Shown: positions 11,561 to 25,499 of the stretch, piece after piece
Layout: each line of letters starts with the position of its first letter
Position numbering within the stretch: the first letter of the stretch is position 1
Assembly: GCF_035084215.1 (NCBI RefSeq)
Contig: NC_090326.1
Location: 85,498,001 to 85,562,000, forward strand
Source: Heptranchias perlo
Lineage: Eukaryota
DNA: 64,000 bases
Reading direction: 5' to 3'
Made by a program: the position numbers and the translations under genes
Notes under the pieces: generated by a model
Told to the model about the DNA's origin: nothing
The model's input: the letters and a program-made list of their open reading frames with translations, nothing else
Database searches by the model: none

Positions 11561-12144
11561 CCTCCTAATTATCTTCTCTCTTCTCCTGAAGGTATTGACT
11601 TTATGCCTGTTAAAGGTGCCAATAAACCTCCTAGGCCAAATGGCATTCTTGTCTGAACCTGGACAGTAAACCTTGATTTTCCACTGGTGGCTGTTCTATT
11701 TAGGGACACTAATCAGGCAGGCACCAGCAGGAAATGGGTCTGTTACTCCCCTCTTGTCTTTCTGAGGCTTTATTAATGCCTGACTAAGGTGGTCTTATAT
11801 CATCTGCACTTCTGATCTCTTTCCAGCTTAAAAAACTGTTTATCGACTGTTAAACCGCTTAACTCTTTCTTTGTGATAATTAGCATACCTGTTGTTATGA
11901 TCAGTGAACAACTCGAGCATGAGGATATAGGTTACATTTAAAGCATGATTTCTGTCCGTTTCCCAATCTTGGTTAGAAAATGTAAAGATCTTTAGTTTCG
12001 AAGTCTAATTAAATCTTGTGGGTAATTTTATCAGTCCACAATGGTTGGAAAGTTGTGGGCATTGCGCATCTGAATTTCTGATGTGCTCTTTCAGTGGGAG
12101 AGAGTAACCATGCCCCCCCCTGCCTCCCGTTTGTCACAGCAGTA

Positions 12145-12390
12145 AATTGCATTTGTATTGTAGTCCTTACATCCAGGAAGACATCTCCAAGTACTTTGCT
12201 ATATTCCTTCCCTCCTTATTGTTAACACTGAGCATGGAGAAACGGGAGGGGCTAGGATGCGAAACTGAAGGAATGGTCAAACAGAAAGGTCTTGAAAGTT
12301 CTGAAAGCAGGGCAACAGATAGCAAGGTGGAGGGAATAGGATAGAGAATTTCAAAGGGCAGCTGCATTGTAACCTGGTGAACAGCCACTC
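12145..12390 (-). mobile_element. Old L2-like 3' end
   Basis: Reverse complement resembles 25200-25420 and L2 tails (..TACAAATGCAATTT). Confidence 0.55.
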
Positions 12391-12844
12391 GACAGTTTGT
12401 AGAAGTTCTCCTCCAGTTCTGAATTCTTTACACCCTCTGAATATCTGCCATAAGAGATCTGCTTAGCCTGCTGACTTGTCCATACTTCTGGGAATACTCT
12501 TGCCAGAGGTGATGGTCCTATCTTTAAAACAAAGACCATAAAAATCATTACAATTTGCTATACATCTTGGAGGTAATTTTCTCACTGAACCAATGCATTA
12601 TTCTTGGCATCAATAAATATAAACTAACATGTTATTACAGCAATAACACTGAACCATGAGGTGACTAGAACATTAATTAATGTAATGTCATGTGATATGG
12701 AGTGATTGGTCAATATTCACTGAAACAAATTCTGAGTTCGTAGAACTGTTAGTACTTGGGAGTGCAACTGGTGGAAAGTCTTTAATTTCATGTCATAAGG
12801 GTGGGCACTAGCTGTATCTGTATTTTAGTCATTGTTCTATAAAG

Positions 12845-12897
12845 TTTTTGAATGCCCATATTTAAATGTTTTTGAATGCCCATATTTAAATGTTTTT
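12845..12897. repeat. Perfect 24-bp tandem duplication TTTTTGAATGCCCATATTTAAATG x2
   Basis: 12845-12868 equals 12869-12892, followed by TTTTT. Confidence 0.9.
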
Positions 12898-13911
12898 CCA
12901 AAATAGTTTCACAGATTTCCGTGAAAGTGACAAGTATTAAGATGAGTTATTTAACAGATGTGCTAAGCAAAGTGTGCAGCATAATGAACTATATTTACTG
13001 GTGTGATCTATGCTTCACTGGCAATAAGCAGATGCCACATTTGTCATTTAGTGACTGAATAATCAAATCATAGATTTGCAACTCTGAAACTAGTTCATTT
13101 GTAATTAATTTACTTATACATTTTTTTCCAGTAAAAATGAATTTTATGCAAATTCCAGGCATTCTTCTTTAATTGAAATTAATAAATTGGGTTTTTACTT
13201 AGGACGTTATCACCACTGTACCGCACATAGAAAATACAGTTTTAGCCTTTCAAAATTGCTTGACCTCCAGAAGCAGCTGATGTTCACTATTCTTGGAAAT
13301 TCCCAAATGTTAAAAGGTTGCAAATTAATATGTCATAATTTTTTGATAGAATAATACAGCATGCCACAAAGATTTGTATCTGTTTATTACTTTTAAAAAA
13401 GCATAGCTTTCCTATTTTCTTTTTATAGCATTGCTTCACAAAACAGTTGAGGTTTTATCAAGTGATACATTGGTGATAAAATGGTTTTTAAATTTACAGT
13501 TTCAAATTTGTGTAAGTTATTTGCTGAATAGAATATGAGATGCATAAAATCTGTCTTCTGCTCTGGAATGCTGACCCATGATGGTTAAATGGCCTATCCT
13601 CATTACTATCTTGTAATTTTTAAAAACTTGTAAACCAAATCATTTCACTACCTAGTTTGGAACAGTTGGTTTGATATTTCTGAAATATCTTTTTTGTATT
13701 TTTTTGGAAGTCTGTAATGCAACATTTGTGAATGACTGTATAGCAATCCTACAGGAAATGTTATTGTATACGATTGATATAATTGTCAAATGTGAATCAA
13801 GATAAAGATTAAAGGGTAACAAAAAATAATTGCATTGCCATAGCATAGCCTTGCTCGCCAGTAGTATGTGTCGGGAATTCACATGCGCAAAACCCTCACA
13901 GTTTTCTGTCC

Positions 13912-13987
13912 AAGGAGTAATTTTGCAAAATTGTGCTCCCAGCACAGAGCCACATGCTGGAAATGTGATTTTTGTAAAAATACCCTT
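13912..13987. mobile_element. Tiny fold-back element (MITE-like hairpin)
   Basis: AAGGAGTAATTTTGCAAAATT..CCAGCA pairs with TGCTGG..ATTTTTGTAAAAATACCCTT. Confidence 0.5.
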
Positions 13988-14703
13988 TCATTAAATGCTG
14001 TTTGCCATTCAGCACACTGGGGATACTACGATTGATGTTAACATTCTTGCTATTGCTTGCTAACTAGTAGCTCCTGCAAGAAGATGTATGTGTTCAACAA
14101 TGGATTAGGACTGGATTGGGCTTGGGTGCTGTCTACCACATTAAATAACTTACCAGTACTCACTTGTTAGGCTCGTGCATGAAGGAGGGCTACTTGTGGA
14201 AGGTACTGAGAGCAGCAAGTTCCATAGAATGTACCCCAGCAGCTTGAGATGAGTTGGGGAGAGGAGAAAATTGCAGAATAAATCTTACCCCAGATCTGAC
14301 TGGGAAATTCACCAAGGCAAAAAGTAGACAAAATTCAGGTGAAACATTTTCAGGCACAGATGGAACATAATGAACATCAAAATTGACCCCACCCACTGAG
14401 TGCATCAGTATGACATTTCCATTCTCCACACGAGCCATTTTTATTGGCTTTTCCAAGTAAGATTGTCAACTACATACCAAATTATGGTCCGGTTTATACT
14501 GTTCGTTTGCAACCCTTAGGAACTAGATTAAGATTGTTCTGTCCCTTTAATGCTGAATCCTTTTCCCCAGCAGTGCATTTTATCTCTTAGTCCATGCTGA
14601 ATACAGACCTAGATTCCAGACATGAAAGAATTTCTCTTTCTACTTAAAAGGATCCAAGCTTCTTTTTCTGTAATAATGAGGCAGCTCTAAACATGCAATG
14701 GAT

Positions 14704-14871
14704 CAAAATCCTGGAACTCCCTTCCTAACAGCACTGTGGGAGAACCTTCACCACACGGACTGCAGCGGTTCAAGAAGGCGGCTCACTACCACCTTCTCAA
14801 GGGCAACTAGGGATGGGCAATAAATGCTGGCCTCGCCAGCGACGCCCACATCCCGTGAACGAATAAAAAAA
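14704..14871 (+). mobile_element. 3' fragment of LINE family B
   Basis: Family-B 3' end with A tail; TSD AATGGAT (14697-14703, 14872-14878). Confidence 0.9.
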
Positions 14872-15002
14872 AATGGATGTTATGTTAGCCATTATCAAAA
14901 TGTAATACTAAAGGGATAAATGGATATCCTTTTATCCACAGCTTTAAAATATGATTATCCATGTTGAATTATCTCATGGACAAAACCTACAAATGTCTCT
15001 CA

Positions 15003-15322
15003 AACTGTTTCCAGTGACAGAAGTGTCAGTAATCAGAGGACCTAGATTTAATGTGATTGGCAAAAGAACCAGAGACAAACACAAGGAACCATTTTTTTTT
15101 TACACAGCGTGTTGCGCACCCTGCCTAAAAGGGTGGTGGAAGCAGATTCAATAATAACTTTCAAAAGGGAATTTTATAAATACTTGAAGGGAAAAAAATT
15201 ACAGGGCTATGGGGAAAGAGCAGGGAGAATGGGACTAATTGGATAGCTCTTTCAAAAAGCCAGCACAGACATGATGGGCTGAATAGCCTCCTTCTGTGCT
15301 GTACCATACTATGATGCTATGA
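15003..15322 (+). mobile_element. CR1 3' fragment
   Basis: LFPVTEVSVIRGPRFNVIGKR = CR1 ORF2 C-terminus; tail CTATGATGCTATGA. Confidence 0.85.
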
Positions 15323-16006
15323 ATTGAAATTATGATAAAACTATAGTATACACAAACTACAAAGCACGGTTATAATCCTGGTCTTAGCTACTTACAAAGA
15401 AATATTGACATTAATGTAAAGAAATTCTAAGAACTCCTTTTTTGGGGAAAAAAAAGTGTTTAATTCTTCCAACCCAATAATGTTCTAATCTTCTACAAAT
15501 ACACTATCTATAATCTTGTATTTACGTAATACAGCCAGAAGCAAACAAAAATCAATGCAACATCTTTGCAGAGTAGATAAATGAGATGCTTGCCTACCTT
15601 GGGAAAGATATTATGGACAGTTACCTAAATTCACGGCATTGTTTTCTTGTAAATGTCCATTCTTGATAGCTAACAGTGAGCAAAATTGGTCACAAATCTT
15701 GTATCATCTGTCAAATGCCAGGACTCAGTGGAGAAACCTACTGGAAGGTTAGATACATTGGTATTAAAATAACGCATTGCTGGGACTGTGTCAAGAAAGT
15801 TGCAACACCATTTTGGGATTATGATATTGCATTTTAGTAACGGTTTGAATCATTGTCAGAACAGCTCAATTATGTTGTAGCATGTATCACAATGCTAGTC
15901 AGTGTAAGAAGTAGCCATGAAACAAAGATTACCTCTGGATGCTTTAGGTAACAAAATCAGAAACATTATATATAGGGAGACCTGGTTTACAATTTTGTTG
16001 CACATA

Positions 16007-16112
16007 GGGTGAAATTTTCTGAGAATCCGATGTACTGCCCATGATTTTTCGATAAGATCTCTACTGCATTCATGGCCCTCCCGGTGTTGCAGGGTCTCAG
16101 AAAATCTTCCCT
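16007..16112. mobile_element. Short MITE remnant
   Basis: GGGTGAAATTTTCTGAGA vs reverse complement AGGGAAGATTTTCTGAGA; no TSD visible. Confidence 0.5.
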
Positions 16113-16555
16113 TCCGCCCCTCCACCCCCCCTCCCAACCAATGTCTATGTATACAATGGATGATAAACATTCAAATATCATAAACTAACGTATGATGTAC
16201 TGTCTCTCGCTATTACATGTACAATTGCCTTTGTGAGGAATACCTGATACTTCAAAAGCACCCAAAAGACCTCTCCAAACCTTTCACTTTGTAAGGCAAG
16301 GCCAGAAACAAATCATTAAGCTTTTTTTAGTCTTAATCAACTCCATTATTCCACATGGATTGAAGTATCTGTACAATAATAACAATGAACAATATAAATT
16401 TAGAAGGGGAATATACTGCCTAACCATTTCCCTTGACTTCTTTGAGGAAGTGACATCCTAAGTGGATATGGAAAGCCTTATGATGTGATGTACCTTGACT
16501 TCCAAAAGGGATTTGACAAAGTTCTGTATTAAAGGTTAGTTAAGCTCAAAGCTGT

Positions 16556-19500
16556 GAGTGTCCTAACGGAAAGGATAAATAGGGCTGTTAATAGGACTTT
16601 AACTAGTAAGATGGGGGGAGGGATCTAGAGAAGATCCCTTTTTGAGCCCGTACCAAGGGCTGGGGGGCGGGGGGGTTGATGAGGGTAGTGCATTTGATGT
16701 AATCTACGTGGATTTTAGCAAGGTTTTTGACAAGGTCTGGTCAAAAAAGGACAAGCCCATGGGATCCAAGGGAGAGTGGCAAGTTGGATCCAAAATTGGC
16801 TCAGTGGCAGGAAGCAAAGGGTTTTGGTCGACGGGTGTTTTTGTGACTGGAAGGCTGTTTCCAGTGGGGTTCCGCAGGGCTCAGTAGTAGGTCCCTTGCT
16901 TTTTGTGATATTTATTAATGATTTGGACTTGAATGTAGGGGGCATGATTAAGAAGTTTGCAGATGATACAAAAATTGGCCGTGTGGTTGATAGTGAGGAG
17001 GAAAGCTGTAGACTGCAGGGAAATATCAATGGCCTAGTCAGCTGGGCAGAAAAGTGGCAAATGGAATTCAATCTGGAGAAGTGTGAGGTAATGCATTTGG
17101 GGAGGGCAAACAAGGCAAGGGTGTACACAATAAATGGGAGGATGCTGAAAGGTGTAGAGGAAGTGAGGGACCTTGGAGTGCATGTCCACAGATTCCTGAA
17201 GGTAGCAAGACAGGTAGATAAGGTGGTTAAGAAGATATATGGAATACTTTCCTTTATTAGCTGAGGCATAGAATAAAAGGGCAGGGAGGTTATACTGGAA
17301 CTGTATAAAACACTGGTTCGGCCACAGCTGGAGTACTGTGAGGGGCCTAGATAGGAATGGATAGGAAGGACTTATTTCCTTTAGCAGAGAGGTCAATAAC
17401 CAGGGGGCATAGATTTAAAGTGATTTGGTAGAAGGATTAGAGGGGAGCTGAGGAAAAAAAATTTCACCCGGAGGGTGGTAGGGGTCTGGACACTGCCTGA
17501 AAGGGTGGTAGAGGCAGAAACTCTCAACTCATCTTAAAAAGTACTTGGATATGCACCTGAAGTGCCATAACCTACAAGGCTACGGACCAAGTGCTGGAAA
17601 GTGGGATTAGGCCGGCGTGGACACGATGGGCCAAATGGCCGCCTTCTGTGCCGTAAATTTTCTGTGGTTCTATGATTCTAAGATAACGTAAGTCTGAAGA
17701 GAAAAGAAATAGGAAATGAGAGCAAAGGTCAGATCAAGTTAAGGAATAAGGATAACATAAGTGATCAGGGAACAAATACAGTTATAGGACATAAATACAA
17801 AATGACTGTTAAAAACAAAGGGAGGGAACAATTACTAAAAACAAATTAAATTGCCTGTGCAGCAATGTGTACAGCATCCAAAACAAAACGAGGGAACTAG
17901 AGGCAATAATTCATAGCGAGGAGCCAGATGAGGTAGAGGTAACTGAAACATGGTTACATAAGGAACAGGAGTTAAATATTGAAGGATATAATGTATTTAA
18001 ACAGGATAGGGAAGGAAGGGGGGTAGCTGTACTAATTAGAGACAACATAATGACAATAGAAAAAAGGGACATAAGTAACATTAAGATAGAAACAGAATCC
18101 ATATAGATTGAGATAAAGGATAAGAACATTAATAGGTATATTCTACAGACTACCTAATAGTGTAAGGGAAATGGAGGACGAAACATGTAGATAAATCTAT
18201 GAAATGAGTAAAAAAACATTGAATAATAATCATGGGAGATTTCAACTCCCAAATAAACTGGCAAGAAGAGGTAGGGAAAGGAGAAAAGGGAATGGAGTTT
18301 TTACATGACTCCTTTCTTACCCAGTATGTGAAATGCCCAACAAGAGAGAAATCACTGCTAGATCTAGTAATGGGAAATGTACCAGAATAAATAAGAGAAG
18401 TAAGCATAGGGGAACATCTAGGCAATAGTGATCATAACATAATAAGGTTTAAAATGATGATTGAGAAAGACATAAGTAAAACAAAGACCAAAGTAATAGA
18501 TTGGGAAAAAAGTTAATTTTGAGGGGATGAGAATGGAAATCGGGCAGATAAACTGGGATAAAATTTTGACAAAGAAATAGAACAGCTGTTGGTTATATCT
18601 AACAATGATCAATAGATTTCAGGAGAAGTATATTCCTCTAAAAAGCAGGAACAAACTAGCCAAAAATGAAACATCACAGATGAATAAACAGATAAGGATA
18701 AAATTGAAACTAAAGGAAAAGGTATACTCTAAGTATATAGACAATAAAGGAGGATGATAAAAGGGAACATGAAGAGGTTAGGAAAGAAGTTAAAAAAAAT
18801 TAGAAAAACAAGGAGGAACTATGAGATTAAATTATCAAGGAATATTAAAATAAATCATAAAGTATTCTACAGACACATAAAAACAACAAAAGAAAAATCG
18901 GAATAGGGATAGGGTCACTAAGGGATGCACACGATAAACTCTCAGGTAATGACAGCGAAATGGCAGAAATATTGAATAGTTACTTTGCCTCAGTATTTAC
19001 CAGGGAGATGAACAAGCTGGGCAGGACATTAGAAGAAGAGATTGAAAAAGATATTAAAACATTTAAAATAGAAAGGGGGGAGATAATTGATTAATCAAAC
19101 TTAAGGAGGATAAGCACCCTGGTCTGAATGGATTGCATCCATGCATATTAAAAGAGGTTGGGGAACGGATGGCAGAGGCACTATTACATACATATAAAAA
19201 TTCATTAGAAAAGGGAATAGTGCCAGAGGACTGGCAGACAGCTAATGTGATTCCTATATTAAAAACGGAAGATAGAACAAGTCCAGGGAACAATGGACCA
19301 ATTAGCTTAATATCGGTGGTAGGAAAGATAATGGAATCTTTACTCGAAGATATCTAGAGAACGAAAATATAATAATGAATAGTCAACATGGATATCTGAA
19401 GTGAAAGTCATGCTTGACCAATCTTATCGTCAACTCATGGCAAAGGTCAGAGCATGTGGAGTCAGGGAACAGGTGGCAGAATGGATAGCAAGCCGGCTAC

Positions 19501-20525
19501 AAAACAGAAAGCAGAGAGTAGGGGTTAAGGGTAGTTACTCAAACTGGCAAAAGGTGGGAAGTGGTGTTCCACAGGGATCAGTGCTGGGACTACTGTTATT
19601 CACAATTTACATTAACGATTTGGATTCAGGAACCGGAAGTACAATTTCAAAATTTGAGTATAACACCAAATTGGGGGGTATAGTTAATACAAAGGAAATG
19701 CAAGAGGACATTAATAAACTTGCAGAATGGGTGTGTAATTGGGAAATGAATTTCAATATAGGTATATGTGAGGTTGTGCATTTGGTAGGAAGAAAAAGGG
19801 GGCCACATACAGCTTGGCTAGTAGTCTAATAATGGGATAGAGGAGCAAAGGGATACACATCACTCAAAGTAGCGACGCAGGTTGATAAGGTCATTTTTTA
19901 AAAAAAGGCAAAACCAAGCACTGGGGTTCATTTCGAGGGGGATAGAATTGAAAAGCAAAGAAGTTATGTTAAACATGTACAGAACCTTGGTTAGACCACA
20001 CTTGGAATATTGTGCACAGTTCTGGTCTCCATATTATAGAAAGGATTTGGAGGCATTGGAGAGGGTGCAAAAAAATTCACAAGAATGACACCAGAACAGA
20101 AAGAATATCCTTATCAGGCTGGGACTTTGATTTTTTCTAGAAAAAAGACTGAGAGGTGACCTGATAGAGGCCTTTAGATAGTGATAGGGTAGATGTAGAG
20201 AAAATGTTTCCACTTGTGGGGGATTCCAAAACTAAAGGTCATAACTATAAGATAGTCACTAATAAATCCAATAGGGAATTCAGGAGAAACTTCTTTACCC
20301 AAAGAATGGTAAGAATGTGGAACATGCTACCACAAGGAGTAGTTGAGGCAAATAGCATAGATGCATTTAAGGGGAAGCTAGATAAGCACATGAGGTAGAA
20401 AGGAATAGAAGGGTACGCTGATAGGGTTAGATGAAGTAGGGAGGGAGGAGGCTCATGTGAAGCATAAATGCCGGCACAGACCAATTGGGCTGATTGCCTG
20501 TTTCTGTGCTGCAGTCTCGATGTAA
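16556..20525 (+). mobile_element. CR1 (middle, B): probable ORF1 end plus degenerate EN-RT ORF2 and 3' UTR; split by CR1-C
   Basis: ERINRAVNRTL (ORF1-end-like), [57 protein letters not shown]; many stops and frameshifts. Confidence 0.9.
16636..17679 (+). mobile_element. CR1 (inner, C), 5'-truncated
   Basis: ORF 16776-17264 [21 protein letters not shown]; tail TTCTATGATTCTA; TSD AAGAT (16631-16635, 17680-17684). Confidence 0.92.
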
Positions 20526-20899
20526 GGATTTGGGATAAATCTTTGCAATGGCTCTGAAACTTGCTGAAGGGTGGAAAATAGTGAGTACTTGTTAGAGGAT
20601 TTATGTTGGGGTGGGGTGGGGTGGGGGGGAGTACTGATTGGGGTGTCCCAGGGCTCGGTGTTGGGACCACTACTGTTTGTAATTTACCTCATGACTTGGA
20701 TTCAAATTTTCAAATGTTACTGAACTAGGAGAGGCAGTGGAATCGGAACTGCCAGCTCAGAAATTACAGAATGACCTGGACAAAATAAGTAAGTGGGCAG
20801 AACAATAACATATGAAATTAATGCAGACAACTCTAACGTACTGCACATAGGCAGGGTTTAAATTTTCCTTCCTATTTACATTTCCCCAAATTTTCTGTC

Positions 20900-21448
20900 T
20901 CAGCTCCTCTGCTGTTAAAGTCACTCCCAGACTTGACTACTTCAATGCTCACCTGGCCGGCCTCTCACCCTCCACCCTTCATAAATTCAAACTTGACCAA
21001 AACTCTGAGATCCGTATCCTATCCCACAGTAAGTCAATTGCCAATCACCCCCATCCTTTCGGACCAATATTGTCTCCCTGTTCCCCAAAGCATTACATTT
21101 AAAATCCTCATCTGCAAATCAGTCCATGGCCTCACCCCACATTCTGCATATCTCTACAATACCTTCAGGTTATTATCCATTCCCAATCCCTCTGTTCCTT
21201 AGTTCCTGACTTAGTGTGCAACCCCTGCTCCCTTCACTGGTGGCAGAGCCTTCAGCTGCCTCAAACCTCCTCTCGGGAACTCCCTCCCTAATTCTGTTCA
21301 CCTCAATACTTCACCTTTTAAAAATCTCCTCCAAAACCCATCTTTTGACCAAACTTTCAATCATCCTTCCTGGCTTGGCATCCATTTCTCCAACATACCT
21401 CTATATGTGATATCTTTTATGTTAAAGGTGTTACAAGTTGTTGCTGTT
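20900..21448 (+). mobile_element. Old 5'-truncated L2
   Basis: RLDYFNAHLAG.., PITPILSDQYCLPVPQSITFKIL, tail ACAAGTTGTTGCTG. Confidence 0.75.
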
Positions 21449-23329
21449 ATGACTGGCCCCCCTTAGAGTAACACTTTCCTCCACTAAATGTATGTTGCTC
21501 ATCCTAAAGACTTCCAGCCTGCAATTTTTGAAAATTATGCAGGAATACGTAAAAAGTGAAATAGTACTGCCAGAAAGGTTTGTACCCATACAGTCCTAGT
21601 CGTTAGAAAATTCAAAGCAAAAAAGAACAGTACAAAATGCACAGAAAAGATCCTTCTGACGTGCGCTTCAGACAAATTACAGGAGTGATGACTATAACAT
21701 ATATTGATGTCACTGTCACCATAGCAACAATATGACATGAGGTCATCATCTCCAGATGCCATTTATTTAGGAAACTGTCAAGGATGTCTTTTCCAGGATT
21801 TCATAATCATCTACTCTCCAAACATGTTGCATTGGTAGTTTTTGCTTTTGGATGTGGTATGTAAACATGTCAAGATCATAGGTAGCTGAAAATGGAGAAG
21901 GCAAGAATATGAATCTAAAGTCTCAGTAAACATTTTTTTGGGAGTGCATAGAATTTCTTTAATAGAATTGCGTTGTAAGGATCTAAGGCTGGTTCAAATG
22001 TCACAGGTTGTCAGTTAATAACAATTAGCAGGGATTAAGGAATCGAAAGGCATTCCAGTTTGCTGTCTAATCCCATCGAACTAAGTCAAGCTGAGCCAAT
22101 TTTTTTGGCAACTGTAGTTTAACACTCTTCCCCATCACCATTCCATCAATCATCTCCTGTGTAAGTGATACTCTTCAGCGATCATTTAATACCAAATTAC
22201 TGGAGTTTAGTCAAATGTTTTTTGACTGATTTTGTTTGATTCTAGTTTAAATGTTACTGAATATGCCTAGTGGAGCTGAATTGTTTAACATACTGGTTTT
22301 GGGAATAACACAAATGATTGGCAAGACCTAAGTAATGTAAAATTTGGACCACCAATCTTCTCTTCCTCCTCAACTCAATTTTTTTGTTGCCATTTTAGGA
22401 AAAAATATTACACCTGTATGAGTTACATTGACAGCCCAAAATTGTCAAAAACATGTACATTGCAACTATCAGCATTTTAAGCTGAAAATGTTTCAACCAG
22501 GTATTAGCTTGTTAGTGTTTCATTAAAAAAAAATCAGCTCCCTCGCCCCACCCCCCCCCCTTCCCTGTGATAGGAGGTGTAGATATCCATTAATTAGATC
22601 CACGTGAATGGAGGTCCCTGTAATGAATAGGTGGGATTGGAGGCTGTTAGAAACTATCGGATACTACTTTGGCCCACTGTTTATTCAACTTGAGGCAGAA
22701 AAATTTTAAGACAATCTGGTGGCTGCTGCACTCATGGGTATTTATTTAGTGTTTGCCCCCAAAGGAATTACGTATGACAAATAAGCTACTAAAATACTGC
22801 TTGTAAAAACATTTTAGAGCTGAAATGATTGGCCGTTCCAGCAGATCCCTGCCATACCAGAACGGCTGCAAACACTGCTGGAATCCAGAGATACCAGATC
22901 CTGGCAGCGGGGTGAAGTTTCCTGAAACCTTGCCCCACTCCTACAAGGTCATCGGCATAAGGGGGGGGAGGGGGGGAGGATGGGGGTGGGGGTGGGGGGG
23001 TTACAGAGCTTTTAATGATTGCAATGTATGATCATTTTTATTTCCAGCACAAGAAAATATATATATTTTTAATAGGTTCAAAATAGGCTGGAAGTTACTG
23101 GTGCCAATAATAGCAGGCGAATGCTTGCTGTGTTTCCATGACATTTCTCTCTCCATTACTTTAACTGAAGCACTAACCTGTTTATTTTAATTTCTAGACT
23201 CATTTGTTTTAAGGTTTTAAAAGCAGAAAAATGTTTGAAATGCACAGCAGGTTGAATGGCATCTAAAAGGGGAAAATTCAGATTCATGTTTGAATATGAG
23301 AATTCATCAGAACCTGGTTTTGAGATTTG

Positions 23330-23720
23330 AAAGTTGATTTTTAACCCTGCACACCAAATGGGAACGGTGCGGGCGAGGGGTTAAAATGGAGGCCAGGTGG
23401 AAGCTGCTGTGTTCCCTCCCCCTGGCATTTTAACTCTCAGGTTTTAGGAAGTGTAGAGACTGCAGACATGTGGGGGTGGGGGCTCATAAATATTGAAATA
23501 TCAGGGTCTGATGATGTCATTTGCACCCCGACACCAATTTAACCTGGAGAGATGTGCAAATTCCACACTGTCTTCAAATGGCCAGTAAAAACTTGTGGCA
23601 AGCAGCAAGGGCCAGAAGAGGCCCAGGTATGTGTTACATTTTTAAATTTCTGAGAGGTTCCTTTTGGCCGAGTGTCCCTCCTGGCCCAACAATGAAACTT
23701 TGGGCCTGCTCCACCGTAGA
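23330..23720. mobile_element. Left arm of Harbinger-type element
   Basis: AAAGTTGATTTTTAACCC start, GGGGTTAAAAT, octamer/CRE-like cassette 23481-23531, donor-like CAGGTATGT, collapsed family hairpin ~23662-23690. Confidence 0.55.
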
Positions 23721-24189
23721 AACTGCCCTCAACTTCTATGTATTACAGTTGTTTCAGGCTGCAACTGGGAGCATGCACAAAATCAGCTGATTAGCTGCAA
23801 TCTATAAACAAGTAACTGAGAAAGCAGGAGTGCAAGGCCTACAGGGTGAGCAGGCAGCTGAGTCACTGCAGCAGAGGAGAAACCTTTGCTGGCTGCAGAA
23901 CACCTTTGAGCAGAGCTAATGCAGGATGATTTTTCTATACTATTAGCTGTGGCCACTGCAACAACAGTCCTGTCTGAAAATTCTCACTGATATTCGGACA
24001 TTTCACTATGATATACAGCTTCCATGACTACCATTTTTGATACATTCTCCGAGCTACTTCCCCACCTAACCAAAAACACTGTCTGTACATATAACTGCAG
24101 TGCAAACAATTTTTTTAAGGACAAAATATTTGTATGCTTCTTAAGTTTGTCTTTCCACTGTACTCCCCCTTGGTTCTTGCTATTGTATA

Positions 24190-24800
24190 CCCTTTCAATC
24201 CGAATGTCCTGCTTCTCCTTGGTGCTCCCTCAGTGGCAGGAAGTTGTGAAGTGGCAAGCTGGTGATTTCCTTCAGGAGCCTTTGAGTAGGCTCTCATCTC
24301 AAGACATCTTAGGCCCCAGATGGACCTGCTGCAGCTGTATTCATCTACTGCTGCAAGGGCAGTCTGGCCCTGGCTACTTTCAACCACACATGCAGGCATT
24401 TGATGGGCTGACACAGGTTGTACTGCCCCAAGAGGCAGCAGCACCGTGGGAGCACACATCTGTCAGACCACTTGTACGAGGCCATTGTTCCAGGTGGCTA
24501 CTGATCAGAGGGGAAAACTAGCCAACGGGTACCAATCAGATTGTTGAAGCTCTGAGAGATACTTGCCTGGGTTCCAGACACAAGTGATTGGAAGGCAGAA
24601 GCAACAGCCCTCTCCACTTTGCCATGCCAGATGGTGCAACATTCTTTACATCCTTTTGTTATTGGTGAATCTGCTGCAGATCTTTCTTGAGTGATCACAA
24701 GGGTTGATTGCACAAGGTATTATCTGAAGCATTAACAATATGTAGTGATGACATTATATCTGTGCTGCAGGGGCTGAAAAGACTTGAGATAAATTCTATC
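24190..24800 (-). pseudogene. Decayed C-terminal part of Harbinger Myb-type accessory ORF
   Basis: TAAAGPSGA and HQLATSQLPATEGAPRRS resemble LEGPSRA..EQPATTSATAKGDALHRS at 29360-29500. Confidence 0.45.
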
Positions 24801-25199
24801 ATGCAGGGGTTATTGCAGGTGGCACTGGCTACCAAGGCCAACTCCTTGCAGTGTGCCTGAACCATTTGTTTTGGCCTAATTTTCCCTTTGTCCCAAAGAA
24901 ATAGTCCCTCCTTTCCCTTATTTGGGCTAATGAAACATATATAGAAACCTTAGGGCCTACTACTTTTGAATGATTTATAAAAAGGGATATTGATTGTCAG
25001 ATACACATTACACAGTGCAAGATGACAAGAGGAACAAGCATCATATCAGAACTTATATTTTTCTTCTTGCACAGCACTTAGCAGCACATCCACTCTTGCG
25101 ATGAAGGGTAGCAGCTGTCAAGAACTATGAATATATACTGTATCATCAATACTAAGTGGGTGGTGGGAAAGGAATATCATTCTTGACTTGCTCCTCTCT

Positions 25200-25420
25200 C
25201 CCCATTCTCCCTGTTCCACCATTGATAGCCACCCCTTCAGCCATTCTATTATTCCCTCACCACCTGCATCTTATCACCTCCCTTCCTACTTTCAAAAGCC
25301 TCCTGAAAACCCTTCCCTTCAACCGTGCTTTCACATCCCCAGCCCATCTCTCCCTCTTGCTCGGTGTTGACTCTTCTTGCCCACCAGCATGTAAAGTGCT
25401 ATAGCAATATAAATTGTTTA
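25200..25420 (+). mobile_element. Old L2-like 3' end
   Basis: SLPTFKSLLKTLPFNRAF = L2 ORF2 terminus; tail AAAGTGCTATAGCAATATAAATTGTT. Confidence 0.65.
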
Positions 25421-25499
25421 TCTGGCATTCAAGCAGGGTAAGTTGGATGAAGTGCTTCTCTCTCAATTGAATCAGTAAACTTGTCTGAGTGTGTGAGGG

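Larger units (their letters stand above)
16405..20855 (+). mobile_element. Old CR1 (outer, A): RT fragments 16405-16555 and 20526-20855
   Basis: LDFFEEVT..DVMYLDFQKGFDKV..KLKAV continues after the insert as GIWDKSLQW..VSQGSVLGPLLFVIY. Confidence 0.75.
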
